Shown piece by piece: positions 49,561 through 60,100 of a DNA stretch of 64,000 nucleotides; the stretch's first letter is position 1; each line of letters opens with the position of its first letter. The notes below the pieces were generated by a model, which saw only the letters and a list, made by a program, of their open reading frames with translations, did no database searches and had not been told where the DNA came from. The stretch is from Escherichia phage FH3. The stretch lies in sequence record OR886155.1; one strand, written 5' to 3'. Made by a program: the position numbers and the translations under genes.

Positions 49561-49953
49561 TCATCGAATCACCAAAGGCTCTTCAGAGTACACAGGAGCG
49601 GCTATTTCTACAGGAGGTGCTGCCCTAAGGTCATTAAGTCTTACACCCTTCAGCATACCGTCTAGGTGGTCCTTTTGGGGGATTCCAACAGGGAAGTCGT
49701 CAATCCAGATATCTACAAAGAAACCTAGCTGCCGACATACCTCATCCTTCTGGACACCATTGCAAAAGATGATAGGAATTTGCAAACACTCTGCATCAAT
49801 CTTAATATCGTGATTATCATACCCATTAGGCTCTGCAAAGCGATAAGTTACAAAACGTACATCATAGCCCTTTTCTTGCATTAAGGCCACCACAGAGCGC
49901 CACAGCTTTTTATCTGAGGTGTAAGTGTCATCGTAATCTAAACCAATATTCAT
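49561..49953 (-). CDS. hypothetical protein, possible HAD-like hydrolase
   Basis: N-terminal LDYDDT resembles HAD motif I (DxDxT); weak. Confidence 0.25.
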   Translation of the reverse strand: MNIGLDYDDTYTSDKKLWRSVVALMQEKGYDVRFVTYRFAEPNGYDNHDIKIDAECLQIPIIFCNGVQKDEVCRQLGFFVDIWIDDFPVGIPQKDHLDGMLKGVRLNDLRAAPPVEIAAPVYSEEPLVIR

Positions 49954-50100
49954 TCCCCTAGCTCCTCATGTTCATGACCACAAATAGGGCATTTGTATAA
50001 ATGGACAGGTGTTTCGAAGATCTCTGACCATTGAGTATCTATCCTTTTAGATACCGAGCCACATTTATCACATTCAGATTCTAACATCTCTAAATCCTTT

Positions 50101-50128
50101 AGACAAGAAAAGCCGCCCGAAGGCAGCT
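50101..50128 (-). terminator. rho-independent terminator (minus strand), near-copy of 2771-2798
   Basis: Minus-strand AGCTGCC-TTCG-GGCGGCT followed by UUUCUUGUCU. Confidence 0.4.
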
Positions 50129-50690
50129 TCTTATTTAACTGTTCACTTTAGCTTCAAGTGTTTCATTTTCAATACTCAAGTCAATCACTACACCCGTAAG
50201 CTCAACGACTGCTTGGCGAAGGGCATCTTTACCCATAGAGTGTACTTGAGATAAGAAGAAAGCTTTACCTTCTTCCGTGGATATGGTTTCTTTCAGTTCA
50301 GTTGCAGTCATTCTTTTCCTCTCTCTCTTTCCATAATTCAGCCAGTTCTAAATAATATTGTGCTTCATCAGCACGTCCTTGTTCACTACAGATGGCGCTT
50401 TGACGATAACACCAATCCGATGGCATCTCTTCCACTTCAATCTCCTTGTTACGAACCAATCAATAAGAATAGTTCATTCGTCTTATTTGTTCACTCTGCC
50501 AATGCAGGTATCTCTAATCTCTTAATTGTGAATGCTTTGTCTGGAAACTTTCGAACTAGCTCCGCTGCTTTGCTAATTGCTAAGTTCTCTGTTTCAAAGA
50601 TACAGAATTGACTATTCAGCGCGGTAATAGTGGAGCCACCACTGAAGATGGCCCAAGATTTATAATAATCACGAACACTCATAACCCACC

Positions 50691-50843
50691 TTAGTGCGTA
50701 TGCATCCAGTTAAGTCCAATCTGACAATCAGATGCCAGAGGACATTCCATGTTCAAGTACTCACCAGCTTTCTTAACGCAAAGCTCAGTGTGCTCTTTGA
50801 GTTTCTGTACATCGTTACGATTAACTGAGAACTGGCCCTCATC
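50691..50843 (-). CDS. DNA polymerase (family A), exon 2
   Basis: Encodes DEGQFSV...MECPLASDCQIGLNWMHTH*, matching the Pol A C-terminus after motif C; a stop lies immediately upstream in frame, so it cannot be an independent gene. Confidence 0.7.
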   Translation of the reverse strand, partial: DEGQFSVNRNDVQKLKEHTELCVKKAGEYLNMECPLASDCQIGLNWMHTH

Positions 50844-51441
50844 CATTTATGTTATTCCCAAATTACTTCGGGTATCGGACTATATCATAACAGCATAGCT
50901 AATTTGCTGTTGTTGGCGCTTCGAGGGTTTCCCTGTTAACCCCCTACTCCCGCAGGATAGTCTCTACACTTTCCACTTTCGAATCCATCTACAAGCGATT
51001 CCAAAGCTCACACCAAACCTTTCTGCAAGAGCAACACCAGTGCATTCATTGTTAAGCCAGAACTCTTTAGCAGCATTCTGTCTTTCTCTGTTTCTGCCAG
51101 TGTTTGACTCGATAGCATGTGCACTACCTTCTAAGATTTCTAGATGGTCAGTATTGCAACAAGCTCTATTCTTGCATTTATGGTTAACTTCATAACCGTC
51201 AGGGATGTTTCCAAATTTCTCTTCCATGACGTATCTGTGATACATGACCCATTTGCCATTTATCATTTTTCGAAAGTAACCATCTTTATTTAGTTTGTGT
51301 GAGATAGGGATGATACATCCTGTGCTAGTTGTTTCTAGCACTAGATCTTTCTTAGCCATATCACCTCCTAATAGCTTAGCTCGGTATTGCCCTCAACTTA
51401 ATGGTCGGGTTTCACCGAGTTCACCAACTTTTACATGCACA
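50844..51441 (-). mobile_element. group I intron in the DNA polymerase gene, carrying an HNH ORF
   Basis: 5' exon ends ...AUGCAU; intron nt 11-16 GUGCAU can form P1 with a U-G pair at the splice site; GACUA (50958-50963) and GAUAUAGUCC (50877-50886) match R/S (P7) elements; last intron nt is G; ligation restores ...IDMH-DEGQ... Confidence 0.7.
50964..51359 (-). CDS. intron-encoded HNH homing endonuclease
   Basis: YEVNHKCKNRACCNTDHLE motif; own RBS AGGAGGTGAT; entirely inside the predicted intron. Confidence 0.7.
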   Translation of the reverse strand: MAKKDLVLETTSTGCIIPISHKLNKDGYFRKMINGKWVMYHRYVMEEKFGNIPDGYEVNHKCKNRACCNTDHLEILEGSAHAIESNTGRNRERQNAAKEFWLNNECTGVALAERFGVSFGIACRWIRKWKV

Positions 51442-53142
51442 ATGAAGTTTATGCATATCAATTACCTTAGCACAACGAACCTTATCTTTCTCAATCCACT
51501 TGTTAAGGAACATCATAGCATATTTCATAACAACAGCACCAGCACATTGCAGGAGTGTGTTAAGGGCTTTATGAACCATAACTTTACCAGTGGCATCTCG
51601 TCTCATTGTAATCTTACGACCATCAACACCAATCAAGTATCCTTGAGCAGCTTTCTCTGTCATACGATCAATGAGGATTGCAATACATGGGTTCTCTGCC
51701 AAGAAACGTGCTCGCATCACTGAACCTTCGTCAGCCCCACCACCTACAATTGAACCAAGCTTAGCATCGCCAGCACCGTAGTTGAATGCATAGATAAACG
51801 TTTTAGCGTTGTCACGAGTAGGAAGACCAGCAAGTTTCTGGTTGTGGGAGTGGATATCACCTTCAAGGAGAATATCACGATACATAATAGCAGAAGCTAA
51901 ACCACGTTCTGCCAGAGCTTTCTTAGCTGGGTTGTTCTCTTCAATTGCCTCAGCAAGCATATCCCTACACTCTTTAATGAGGTAGTGAGCGAGCATACGA
52001 AGTTCAAGCCCAGAACCATCATACCCTAAGAATACTTCTTTACCAGCGGGTATGTAATATTTGTAAGCACCTACAGGTTTGTCTTTCTTCCCCGGTTTAC
52101 CTTTCTCATAAATTACGTTAGTACCTTTTCGTATATAACAACCATCAGGAACAACGTTAGTAATAACGAAAGGACGAGAATGATCACTGTCTGAGTTATA
52201 GTCAGACTCAAACAAACTGCGACACTCGTGACCAAACAAACCACGGGAGGGAATATTAACCACGATACGATGTTTGAATCGAAAAGTCGGCGTAGCGCAG
52301 CTGTTAGCTTCTGCCGAAAGTTTACCATCTTCGCGTTCCTTTGCTATGAGTCCACTGATAAGACCTAGCCTGTGAGCCGCTACAACGCGTCTCTTAAGCA
52401 AACTTCCGACACTCCCTAGCTCACCCCCTAACCCTTCTTCAAGAGTCTCCTCGAGGTTTGTAGGAGCTGTAGGCCACTTGTTTGAAGTGGCTAGTGCTTT
52501 CTTAATCTCATCAAACGTTACAGGATTACGTCGATTCGGGTTTAATCCCAAACCAAACACGTAAGCCTTCATATAGTTCTTAGTTTTAAACCTAAAATGC
52601 TTTTCTAAGAACTTCTTAATATCAGCGTCAACCATCTCGGCTGTCTGCTTCTGCTTAGCATTGCCTCGCATCCAAGCAGTATACCATGCTTGGTATGTTC
52701 CATACTTTCGCATGTCTTTCTTAATTTCGAAAGTATTCCAAGGTTTCTTAGATACGTTAAACTCTGGAGGAAGAAAGCCCTCATCCATAAGAGCTTCTTT
52801 AACTCGTGCATCTTTCGATGGGTCAAAGTCTACGTATTCGACACAGGTGAAAGCTCCACCAATATCTTCTCTCTTCAGCCCAACCCTATCACAATAGGCT
52901 TGAGGCCACTTCTGTAAAGCTCCAGACTTCTTAAACGGCTTCATGTAAGTAGAGCCATCTAATCTCATCTTAGGTAAGAGAGGAATCAACTCTCTGTCAA
53001 TATTAACAATAATCTCTTTAAGGAGGTGAATATACCACCGAGCATTTCTTCGGTTGAAACTCACTCCGTGCTTTGCTTGCTTAGAGATTATATCAGCGAC
53101 AGTCATCTCTGTCAAAAATGGAAGAGCGTCCGGGTTGCTCAC
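51442..53142 (-). CDS. DNA polymerase (family A), exon 1
   Basis: Motif A GYDGSGLELRMLAHY and motif B RDNAKTFIYAFNYGAGDAKLG present; motif C absent from this ORF; the last 9 codons of the listed ORF are intron sequence. Confidence 0.85.
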
Positions 53143-53158
53143 TTTATACTCCTTTAAA

Positions 53159-53581
53159 TTATTGGTAAAGTAAATCTGTAAATGCTTGGTTATCTTCTAC
53201 TACATTCAACATGGTAGCTTCATCACTATAAGCCCTAACCGTCCCGTTGACAACTGTCCAAGGAGGAGGTGGAGGTGGTGCATGGTTAGCCCTAGCTTCA
53301 CGAGGTTGCTCTCGTACTAAATGAGCCACAACCCTTTGGTTAGCGACTTCTTCTCTTTCTCGGATAGCTCTTTGGATGTAAGCCAGCTTCATACCCCAAG
53401 CTTCTTCAAACTCTTGAGGGTGTTTATCACTGATAACCACATATTGACGTTCAGGAATACCAGATCGAATCTCCGATAATAATTCATGGAACAGATCTAG
53501 TTCGTGCTCAGTGAGATTCATTTCGATATCATCCCACTTAAGAACTAAGAAACGGTTTTGGTGTCTAGCTGGTAATGGCAT
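53159..53581 (-). CDS. hypothetical protein with poly-Pro stretch
   Basis: ORF track, 140 aa. Confidence 0.35.
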   Translation of the reverse strand: MPLPARHQNRFLVLKWDDIEMNLTEHELDLFHELLSEIRSGIPERQYVVISDKHPQEFEEAWGMKLAYIQRAIREREEVANQRVVAHLVREQPREARANHAPPPPPPWTVVNGTVRAYSDEATMLNVVEDNQAFTDLLYQ

Positions 53582-53584
53582 AAC

Positions 53585-53869
53585 TCAACCTTTTGGGAAT
53601 GGCATTAAAGATTCCATAGCAGATTTAATTTCGTTATTGATTCGTGAGTCACGATAAGAGATAAACTTACCTTTGCTATCACGTAACATCACATGGGTTC
53701 TGGCTGTTTTGTGAGGGAGCAATGTGATACTAGTTGGAATAGCATCAATCCCTACAGCGTATTTGTCAATAGTCTTACTTTCAGCCAACAGATAAGACCA
53801 AGTACGCGGTTTCTGCTCCGGGCGGTTAGGGTATGTGTCTCGAATCTGTACCATAGCTAACTTATTCAT
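53585..53869 (-). CDS. small protein, paralog pair member 1
   Basis: ...KTARTHVMLRDSKGKFISYRDS...LMPFPKG. Confidence 0.4.
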   Translation of the reverse strand: MNKLAMVQIRDTYPNRPEQKPRTWSYLLAESKTIDKYAVGIDAIPTSITLLPHKTARTHVMLRDSKGKFISYRDSRINNEIKSAMESLMPFPKG

Positions 53870-53870
53870 G

Positions 53871-54128
53871 TTAAACTCCTTTAGGGAATGGGATGAGGTT
53901 TTCTACTGCAACACGATATTCTTTCTCTACATCTTTATTCTTATAAGAAATGAATTTCCCATCAGCCCCACGGAGGATTACATTAGTACGAGCTGTTTTT
54001 GGATTATGACCAATCTGGTTTGCAATTAGGCTGATGTTGTGTTTGACATCATGGTTATTAGTGAATTTCCACTTAGCCAGACGGTTAGTCCAAACATCAA
54101 TGATAGTTACGGTTTTTACAATAGACAT
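53871..54128 (-). CDS. small protein, paralog pair member 2
   Basis: ...KTARTNVILRGADGKFISYKNK...LIPFPKGV. Confidence 0.4.
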   Translation of the reverse strand: MSIVKTVTIIDVWTNRLAKWKFTNNHDVKHNISLIANQIGHNPKTARTNVILRGADGKFISYKNKDVEKEYRVAVENLIPFPKGV

Positions 54129-54197
54129 AATTATTACCTAAGAAGTTTAATTTGGTTTATATAAAAGAAAAGGCCACCTGATTAGGCAGCCTTTGTT

Positions 54198-54491
54198 CTA
54201 GAGACGAAGCCAAGTTTGATAGTCAGCTTCAGTGTAATGGTTGTTTCGAGAGTTGTTTTTCATTCCCTTGAGAGTAGCTCTCAGGTCAATGTTATGCTCT
54301 CTCCTTGTTCTATTCGGGTCTGTATCTTCTAATAGATGGGAGTGATCACTACAAGAGTAGTGCTTATAGTGGTCCCTGTATCCTCTACTTGGAGAATACT
54401 TGGTCATTAAAGTTGCAACTCTTTTTACACCCTCTGCTTTACAGAATTTACAATAAGTGTGAATGGTACATCTTTTTGTTTCTGCTGACAC
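54198..54491 (-). CDS. hypothetical Cys/His-rich protein
   Basis: ORF track. Confidence 0.3.
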   Translation of the reverse strand: MSAETKRCTIHTYCKFCKAEGVKRVATLMTKYSPSRGYRDHYKHYSCSDHSHLLEDTDPNRTRREHNIDLRATLKGMKNNSRNNHYTEADYQTWLRL

Positions 54492-54509
54492 TATAACCTC
54501 TTTATGAGC

Positions 54510-54788
54510 TTAAAGCTCCTTTGCGTGCTCCAGCTGCTTTTCCAGCTCGATCACCACTTTTGCCGCCGTTTGAACGGTTTGAGCTGACTGATTCAACACG
54601 TAAGTTGCTTGACGCATTAGAGCCTCCAGACTTGACAGCTCGTTTGTGTCCAACGTCTTTACCTCTGACAGCAGCTTTTCCATCGCGCTTTTCAACGATG
54701 CGACGTGCACGGTGGCGCTGAGCATCTCCGCTCTTGCTCCCAATTCCCGTTTCACCGCGCTTGATCGCAGTCCTTCTTTCTTGTGCAT
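54510..54788 (-). CDS. hypothetical coiled-coil protein (one of two overlapping frames)
   Basis: ORF track; the alternative frame 54502-54816 encodes a basic low-complexity product. Confidence 0.25.
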   Translation of the reverse strand: MHKKEGLRSSAVKRELGARAEMLSATVHVASLKSAMEKLLSEVKTLDTNELSSLEALMRQATYVLNQSAQTVQTAAKVVIELEKQLEHAKEL

Positions 54789-54815
54789 AATCTCTTTTTC
54801 CTACATGATCTGCCA

Positions 54816-55145
54816 TTAGATTTCTCCTGATTCTCTTTGATTAAAGGTGTGGATGGCGTGGCAATTAGCACACAATATCCTGCACTTCCTCATCTCTTCT
54901 TTTACTTGAGATAAAGATCTGGTGTGCCCTTTGGAGAGTTCGAATGACTTAGTTAATGGATTTAAATGATCAAACTGAAGAGCAGATGCGTGGCCCTTAA
55001 AGCCACACTCAGAGCATCCATAGAATGTTTTAACTCTACGAATAAAAGCTAGTTGCCTAACTCTTCTTCTCTCGTTATCTGCCTTTCTCTTATCTCTATT
55101 TCCTGGGTCGGCCCATCTACACGAGTCATTGCAAAACCTCTGCAT
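54816..55145 (-). CDS. HNH endonuclease
   Basis: CSECG...FDHLNP...CANCH. Confidence 0.7.
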   Translation of the reverse strand: MQRFCNDSCRWADPGNRDKRKADNERRRVRQLAFIRRVKTFYGCSECGFKGHASALQFDHLNPLTKSFELSKGHTRSLSQVKEEMRKCRILCANCHAIHTFNQRESGEI

Positions 55146-55439
55146 TATATACTTCGTTACAAATGGTACCTTACAGGTTTCACATTCCTTGTGGTAGGTT
55201 GCTATTTGGACCTCCTACTCAGTGTAAATAAAACCCTCTTCTATCATTGACTTTTGAGTACTAATCACTCCACCCTCCCGGTGGTTCAAAATTTTCTTGA
55301 ACATCCAGAACCTCTACATCATCACTCAGGTAGGTACTCTTGCCAAAACCTAAAAGCCAGCGAGCTTTATCAATATCTTTATAAAAATTAAGAGCTGCAC
55401 TACCATCATAACACTCACGAACTATAATACCGATTTTCA

Positions 55440-56180
55440 TTAACTGTTTACCTTTTCCATTGCTTTAACAATCGCCTTACAGAAACCAGAACGAACAATA
55501 TCATCTGACTCACCGTCTACAATCTCAGCGAACTCATACAGATCATGTTCATCAATAAAATTAGTAGCCCAAGTTAGGCCACTCTCACGACCACGCATAT
55601 CATGCTGGTTAGTATCACCCATGCAGAACAGCTGAGAGGTTTCTCCCAATCGAGTCATGATTGAGAAGGCTTCATCTTTAGTGGTGTTCTGGAACTCATC
55701 AACAATAACAATAGCATCATTGAAAGAACGACCACGGAGATATTCCAGAGGTACAAATTCAATGTTACCATTTCCGATTTGGCATTCATAGAATCCCTTA
55801 CCGTATCGCTGAGTAATAACATCAATGATAGGCATCAGGTAGGGTTCAAACTTCTCGCGCATTCCTCCCGGAAGTAACCCAAGAGAGTTACCCATGCCGA
55901 CCGAAGGGCGACTCAGAATGATCTTCTGAATCTTACCGCTTTTCAGTGCATCAATAACCGTGGAAGTGATTACAAAGGTCTTACCACAGCCCGCAGGAGC
56001 ATCTGTGAACACAACTTGTTTAGTCTTGATAGCATTGAGTAGCTCAGACTGAAACTGGTTCTGAGGGACTACAGGCTTTGCTAAAACCACCTCTTCATAC
56101 TCTCGCTTACCTTTACGAGTAACAAGTGCTTCTCGACGAAGGTCTTTCCGTGATTCTTTCCGTGATTGACGACGACTCAT
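55440..56180 (-). CDS. phoH: PhoH-like ATPase
   Basis: Walker A DAPAGCGKTF and overall PhoH-like layout. Confidence 0.8.
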   Translation of the reverse strand: MSRRQSRKESRKDLRREALVTRKGKREYEEVVLAKPVVPQNQFQSELLNAIKTKQVVFTDAPAGCGKTFVITSTVIDALKSGKIQKIILSRPSVGMGNSLGLLPGGMREKFEPYLMPIIDVITQRYGKGFYECQIGNGNIEFVPLEYLRGRSFNDAIVIVDEFQNTTKDEAFSIMTRLGETSQLFCMGDTNQHDMRGRESGLTWATNFIDEHDLYEFAEIVDGESDDIVRSGFCKAIVKAMEKVNS

Positions 56181-56362
56181 TTACGCTCTCCAATTTCTTC
56201 GTAATGACACTCAGTAGTTAAGCAGTCTTTACAGATTGCTGTATAAACCCTGACGTTAGTAAATCGTTTGTTCTTCCCTTTGGTTGGAGAGCCTTTGGCA
56301 AGCTCTCTGATAACCTTGTTACTTAAATGAAGGTTTGTTCCTTCACATTTAGAGCACTTCAT
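56177..56362 (-). CDS. small Zn-ribbon protein
   Basis: CSKCEG...CKDCLTTECH. Confidence 0.3.
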   Translation of the reverse strand: MKCSKCEGTNLHLSNKVIRELAKGSPTKGKNKRFTNVRVYTAICKDCLTTECHYEEIGERK

Positions 56363-57605
56363 TGTTTACCTCAGAAATTATAAGGGTCATAATCAAGAGA
56401 ATCAAACCCATAATCTGAGCTATTAAGGTATCGGCGCTTTAATCCGAAATCTTCGTAGTGAGGTTTTCCAGGAACAGTTTTGCCTTTGGTTATGTTCGTT
56501 ACTTGACTAGAAGAGAAAAGGTGAACCCCTTCAGAAGTCCTAGCAGAAGATTTTTCTCCTTTCTTAACCACTTTTCCTTTTTTGGCCCATCCTTCGAATG
56601 TTCTATATTGCATCAAAACTCCTTACCACAATGTCCATTCAGTAAGGGACCACAGAGAGTCCCCTATGTGGGTGTTGTCATGTCGGATGAGATCTTTGAT
56701 TTTATCAACATCAGTCAAGTGAGTTACATTCAAGATATCCTCAACATCTGGAACATGTTTGAATATGGCAACAATGTTATTACCATCATCAGAAAACTCC
56801 TCAAGCACATAAACTACACTCATGCGACATTAGCCTCTTTATGAAGTCTGTAAATAGCTGTCGCCATGCAAGCAACAGCCTCGTTGTGTGGGAGGTGCAT
56901 CCCTGTAGAACCATCCCAATCTTTGAACTCACTGTCAAAGACTCCGGTAGGCTCTGGATACAGAGCTTGCAGCTCCACTAGATCGTTAGCAACTTGTTGC
57001 CATTTATCGTCAGACCAGATAGGGTCATCCAACCAGTAATACAAATAGGAATGGATGATCAATTGCCTTCTGTGCCGATTAATTACTTCAGCGGGACTTA
57101 TCTCACTTCCATTTGAAGTCCTAAATGTATTACTGTCAATCATTACGAAAATTCCCGTTCTGTTAAAGAGTGCTGAACTTCATTATCCGGAGACCAAACC
57201 TTTTCTCCATTTACCAATTTCTTAGCATCTTCATCTGAAGCACAATCTAAAGCAGGATTATCAGGTGTTGGCTTCTTTGGAAATCTTTTCCAAGTCCAAA
57301 AATATCCGTCATCGTCTTGGCAACCAAGAGTCCACAAAGTTTTCATTTCACAACCTTAAATTTAAATGTTGTTGGGTGAGAATAATTCCACACAGTCAAG
57401 CATGTAGTAGGAGTAACCAAAGGGTTTGGCTGTTAAGTTGGAAACCATTTTATCAAAAAGGGATTGAGAAACATCCTCTTCTACTCCAACATCCTCAAGC
57501 TGCTGCTTTGTAGGATAGTCAGTGAAAGAGCAAAGAATTTCTGTATCCTCTCCTCTGTCTGCATCCTCAACACGACTCAGAATCCAAATATTCTTCCTAA
57601 CCATT

Positions 57606-58262
57606 TTAATTCTCCAAAGTTTTCTTCAGAGCTGCCCACGAGATTGGGTAGAGCTTAGCCATCTCTTCATCTACGGATTTAGCAAACACTCGAACTTCAT
57701 ATTGAGCGTGAGAGGATAGTCGCTGACGGCACAACTCAAACCAGCCATACAAAGAACCAGTCCACACCCACTCAGTGATCATCCCCTGAGGAAGAACAAA
57801 TCGAGCTTGCTCTGGTGCAATAAATTCAATCAACTTATCATATGCTGCTAAAGAAGCTTCATATGCATCGTTAATCAACATTAATGCTTCAGCTCGCTCT
57901 CCGTCGATGAGTTGAATCCCTGAACCTGCATGGAGGTCCGAAGGTCTCGCAAAAATCTCTTTAGGGATGAAGACTTCAACTGCTCCATCTTTATACCGCC
58001 GGGACATTTCGTTCCACGAGAATCCAACCTGATGCTTTCCCAGCTGTCTCGCAATTGCGATAGGTGCTTTGCATCGGAAACTGACTTGCGGGTGTCGGAA
58101 TGGAGTACAGTGTTTTTCCCGTGCAAGGAAGTTGATAAGTTTTGTGTCTCTCTCATTTAAGTCACCTTCTCGAACAACACCGAAAGATACTCTAGCTGCA
58201 TTGACTACAGATTTGTCACTTCCCATTGCTTCAATCAGTGTTGCTTGTAGTTGTTCGTTCAA
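57606..58262 (-). CDS. thyX: ThyX-like flavin-dependent thymidylate synthase homolog with atypical signature motif
   Basis: HCTPFRH...KAPIAIARQL...SWNEMSRRY fits ThyX; the position where I expect the RHR motif reads K-H-Q. Confidence 0.7.
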   Translation of the reverse strand: MNEQLQATLIEAMGSDKSVVNAARVSFGVVREGDLNERDTKLINFLAREKHCTPFRHPQVSFRCKAPIAIARQLGKHQVGFSWNEMSRRYKDGAVEVFIPKEIFARPSDLHAGSGIQLIDGERAEALMLINDAYEASLAAYDKLIEFIAPEQARFVLPQGMITEWVWTGSLYGWFELCRQRLSSHAQYEVRVFAKSVDEEMAKLYPISWAALKKTLEN

Positions 58263-58701
58263 TTAAAAGTTCCTTTTTTCGATTCATGTAAACTTGATGA
58301 GCTTCTTCGGCAGTTCCATACATACCTAGATGTATATCTACTTTATCAATACAAATAACAGCCCTATATCTGATAGTGCCTGATCTGTATTTGACAACCT
58401 TAACACCTTGAAGCCCTGTTTCCTTGTTTGATACTCTAGCCCCGAACTGGTTGTGGCAGTTTGTCGAGGTGTCCACCAATCTCAAGTTCTGTATTGAGTT
58501 GTTCTTCTTATTTCTATCGATATGGTCTATCTGAGAAGAAGGCCATTCTCCATAGTAAAAGAACCATGCCACTTTATGAGCTTTGTGTACTTTCCCTTTA
58601 AACCGCAGGGTTATGTACTTACTTCGAGTTCCTCCTAATTTCTTACCTTTTCGAAAGAACTCTCCAGTTTCAGGGATATACTCTAAATCATCGATTACCA
58701 T
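58231..58701 (-). CDS. HNH homing endonuclease with AP2-like DNA-binding domain
   Basis: SQIDHIDRNKKNNSIQNLRLV motif; C-terminal ...HLGMYGTAEEAHQVY. Confidence 0.7.
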   Translation of the reverse strand: MVIDDLEYIPETGEFFRKGKKLGGTRSKYITLRFKGKVHKAHKVAWFFYYGEWPSSQIDHIDRNKKNNSIQNLRLVDTSTNCHNQFGARVSNKETGLQGVKVVKYRSGTIRYRAVICIDKVDIHLGMYGTAEEAHQVYMNRKKELLIERTTTSNTD

Positions 58702-58966
58702 TCAGAGCTGTATCCAAAAAAGCTTTCAGGTTTGCTTCAGTCTGCATACCAGAAATGCTGTAGTGTGCACCACTATTACGGTCAGGCACAATGAAAGCAG
58801 GGATGCTTCGTACACCATACTTAACAGCTTGTTCACGACCATCACCTTCAAGGATGTTAATCTCTTCCACTTCTACATCAAACTCCTTAACAACCTTCTC
58901 AAAGGTAGGAGCCATTGCTTTACATGGAGCACATTGATCACTATAAAACTTAATTACTTTAGACAT
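58688..58966 (-). CDS. thioredoxin
   Basis: 92 aa, FYSDQCAPCK active-site CxxC, thioredoxin-length. Confidence 0.75.
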   Translation of the reverse strand: MSKVIKFYSDQCAPCKAMAPTFEKVVKEFDVEVEEINILEGDGREQAVKYGVRSIPAFIVPDRNSGAHYSISGMQTEANLKAFLDTALNGNR

Positions 58967-58974
58967 GTAAATCC

Positions 58975-59154
58975 TTATGCAGTCAGGAGGTGAAGCAGGA
59001 ATGGGATAACAACAGCTATGATAACCATGATGGTTGATGCTGTTTGAATCTCACCTTTCTTATCAGGGGTTTCTTCAATAAGCTTCCCAGAAGCCCAATA
59101 AATACCACCACCAATAAAGATAGCCCAAATACCCCATACGATTGCTGATAACAT
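58975..59154 (-). CDS. small two-TM membrane protein (59 aa, below ORF-track cutoff)
   Basis: My translation MLSAIVWGIWAIFIGGGIYWASGKLIEETPDKKGEIQTASTIMVIIAVVIPFLLHLLTA. Confidence 0.3.
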   Translation of the reverse strand: MLSAIVWGIWAIFIGGGIYWASGKLIEETPDKKGEIQTASTIMVIIAVVIPFLLHLLTA

Positions 59155-59214
59155 ATATCTATATCCTTATAAATAAGTTCGCCCCACCTCGGGTTAGGAG
59201 ACAGGGCGGAGGTT

Positions 59215-59793
59215 TTAGTAAGACACATCACCACTTGAATGGGACATGTTGCTCTTGACGAAGTAGCAATACTTGCCAAGACCTTCATTAATTTCTTGAA
59301 GCATACTCTGATCGACAGGGTAGGTGGCTAAATCACCATCAAACTCATCCATCTTCTCAATAATACACATCAAGGTCATGCACATATCAGAGAGCATACC
59401 GTCCATGTCTAGATCAGCATTACCCTCTGAGAACCAAGCATGAGAGAGGTAGTTAGCTGCTGTAGCATCCACTTTAACACAGTGGTAACGCATACGTTCA
59501 GCAATACGATCTCCTACCTGTCGTGCGTAATCTTCCAGCTCATCAAACATACCATGAACACCTTGAAATCCTGCACCAGAGACGTTCCAGTGGTAGTTTT
59601 TAGCTTTGATATGCAAGAGTTCCATGTTAGCTTGTAAGCAGCTCAGGATGTGTTCTAGGCTGTTTCCACTAATCATACCCTGCATTGTTTCAAGGCGAGA
59701 GATTGATAGGTCGGACCGGTCTAACATGCTATAACTGTCACGACCGATCTCAGGTAAATCAAAAACATTCTTATGCATTTGGGTTTTCTCCAT
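59215..59793 (-). CDS. Dps/ferritin-like protein
   Basis: LQANMELLHIKAKNYHWNVSGAGFQGVHGMFDELEDYARQVGDRIAERM resembles the Dps four-helix ferroxidase region. Confidence 0.5.
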   Translation of the reverse strand: MEKTQMHKNVFDLPEIGRDSYSMLDRSDLSISRLETMQGMISGNSLEHILSCLQANMELLHIKAKNYHWNVSGAGFQGVHGMFDELEDYARQVGDRIAERMRYHCVKVDATAANYLSHAWFSEGNADLDMDGMLSDMCMTLMCIIEKMDEFDGDLATYPVDQSMLQEINEGLGKYCYFVKSNMSHSSGDVSY

Positions 59794-60100
59794 CCAGTTC
59801 AACTGAGTTAGCAACATTACGTGCGATATTATCCATTACCTGCTGAGTAATTACGATGCAGTTCTGTGGGTCTACTGACTTAGAACGCCCCATTTCAGGG
59901 TCATACACCTTAACTCGCTTAGCAGTTGAACCTGTAACCTGAAGAACCTTCAACAGATATCCCTGATTACCAATAGACCAAGCAACAACATCACGATTCT
60001 TGATAAAGCGACCAAGCATATCACGATGATAAAACTGTTGCATCACCTTGGATTTTGTAATCTCTTCAGTGGGCGGGGCCACTTTACTCAAATCTAACAT
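59771..60100 (-). CDS. hypothetical protein
   Basis: ORF track. Confidence 0.3.
   Translation of the reverse strand: MLDLSKVAPPTEEITKSKVMQQFYHRDMLGRFIKNRDVVAWSIGNQGYLLKVLQVTGSTAKRVKVYDPEMGRSKSVDPQNCIVITQQVMDNIARNVANSVELDGENPNA

Noticed and set aside
54502-54816. Basic low-complexity ORF overlapping 54510-54788
   Set aside because: Two frames are open over the same GC-rich stretch; the basic repetitive translation looks like a frame artefact and the coiled-coil frame was preferred, at low confidence.
58975-59154. Holin call for the small two-TM protein
   Set aside because: Topology is compatible but it lacks the charged C-terminal tail and is 30 kb from the endolysin; kept as an unassigned membrane protein.
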